Source: Octopus vulgaris
Taxonomy: Eukaryota
Direction: 5' to 3'
DNA length: 64,000 nt
Assembly (NCBI GenBank): GCA_951406725.2
Contig: OX597836.1
Coordinates: forward strand, 9,424,001 to 9,488,000
Shown here: positions 63,224 through 64,000 of the stretch, piece after piece
How the letters are laid out: the number at the start of each line of letters is the position of its first letter
Position numbering within the stretch: position 1 is the stretch's first letter
Made by a program: the position numbers and the translations under genes
The notes under the pieces: model-generated
What the model saw: the letters and a program-made list of their open reading frames with translations, nothing else
Database searches by the model: none
Told to the model about the DNA's origin: nothing

Positions 63224-64000
63224 TTCTCAATTGAAACCGTCCAATGAATAGATTTTTGCGAAAATTTTTATGTATTTGCAGCTTTAATAATAAAGTACAT
63301 ACATACATACATACATGCAGCCTACAAGAAACTCTGAAAATCTTCCCTGCTTGAACTTCCATAAGGCAAACTGGAAACAAATTGAGAAAGAGATCCTCAA
63401 ACAAAACAGGTGTAAATGTTTCTCCCCAGCAGACATCGACATGAAACTTCAACAATTCATGTTTGTAATGCAAGCCATATGTTACAAATGTGTCCCAGAG
63501 AGAAAGGCCACTGTACACCAGAACAAAATCCCCAGGGAGAGGAAAATTCTTATAAGACGGCATACAAAAGTCTCAAATCGCCTAAACAAACAAATTGAAA
63601 GCAGTGAAATGTCCCACCTGAAAATACAACTGCTGGAGATTGAAAAAAGTCTGCTGCTCCCCCATGCAAAAGAAAGAGCAGACAAAGAAGCCTGGGCTTT
63701 AGACAATATAAAATATTACCCCAGAGCTTTCTACAAGTTTGCCAAGACTCAAGAGATTAAGACTCTATTCCTTAGAGCATAGGCAAGAAAGATATGCCAT
63801 AATATACATCTGGAAGATCCTGGAAGGACTTGTCTCAAACTTTGGCATCACTGCATAGTGCCAACGACCCCAAATTTGCCACCAAGATGTTGGACAAGAT
63901 ACTGCAATAGCCTGGGCTTCAGAGGTCCACAGCTCTTCAATATCCTCCTGAAGGACCTGAGAGACCTGCATGGGGTGGATGTAGGTGTCTTCAAAATAAT
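55217..64000 (+). repeat. Partial third duplication unit (RTE 55217-57820, Tc1/mariner 57850-58547, LTR-like, Helitrons, 48-bp VNTR ~62778-63047, CR1-like 63315 onward)
   Basis: Near-identical to 31341-40000. Confidence 0.95.

Overview
Eukaryotic, repeat-dominated genomic DNA. The SINE, RTE and microsatellite content looks like a coleoid cephalopod (Octopus-like); this is inferred from recognition, not from a search. The window is mostly a recent head-to-tail segmental duplication of about 23.9 kb. Unit 1 (~5050-31340) is rearranged, unit 2 (31341-55216) is complete, and unit 3 (55217 onward) runs off the end. Units 1 and 2 each carry the only host-type coding sequence I can support: a large exon (11119-12306; 44018-45175) encoding a type II membrane GT-B fucosyltransferase-superfamily protein. 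The rest is transposon debris (Penelope-like, RTE, CR1/L2-group, RLE/HERO-like LINE, tRNA-derived SINEs, Tc1/mariner, TIR element, Helitron, LTR-like). The most unusual structure is a 9.0-kb insertion found only in unit 1 (21207-30248), whose empty site is visible in unit 2. It consists of an RTE 3' tail fused to 5x156-bp and 24x333-bp near-identical tandem arrays, suggesting a satellite delivered or seeded by a retrotransposon. All counts and alignments were done by eye and boundaries are approximate.
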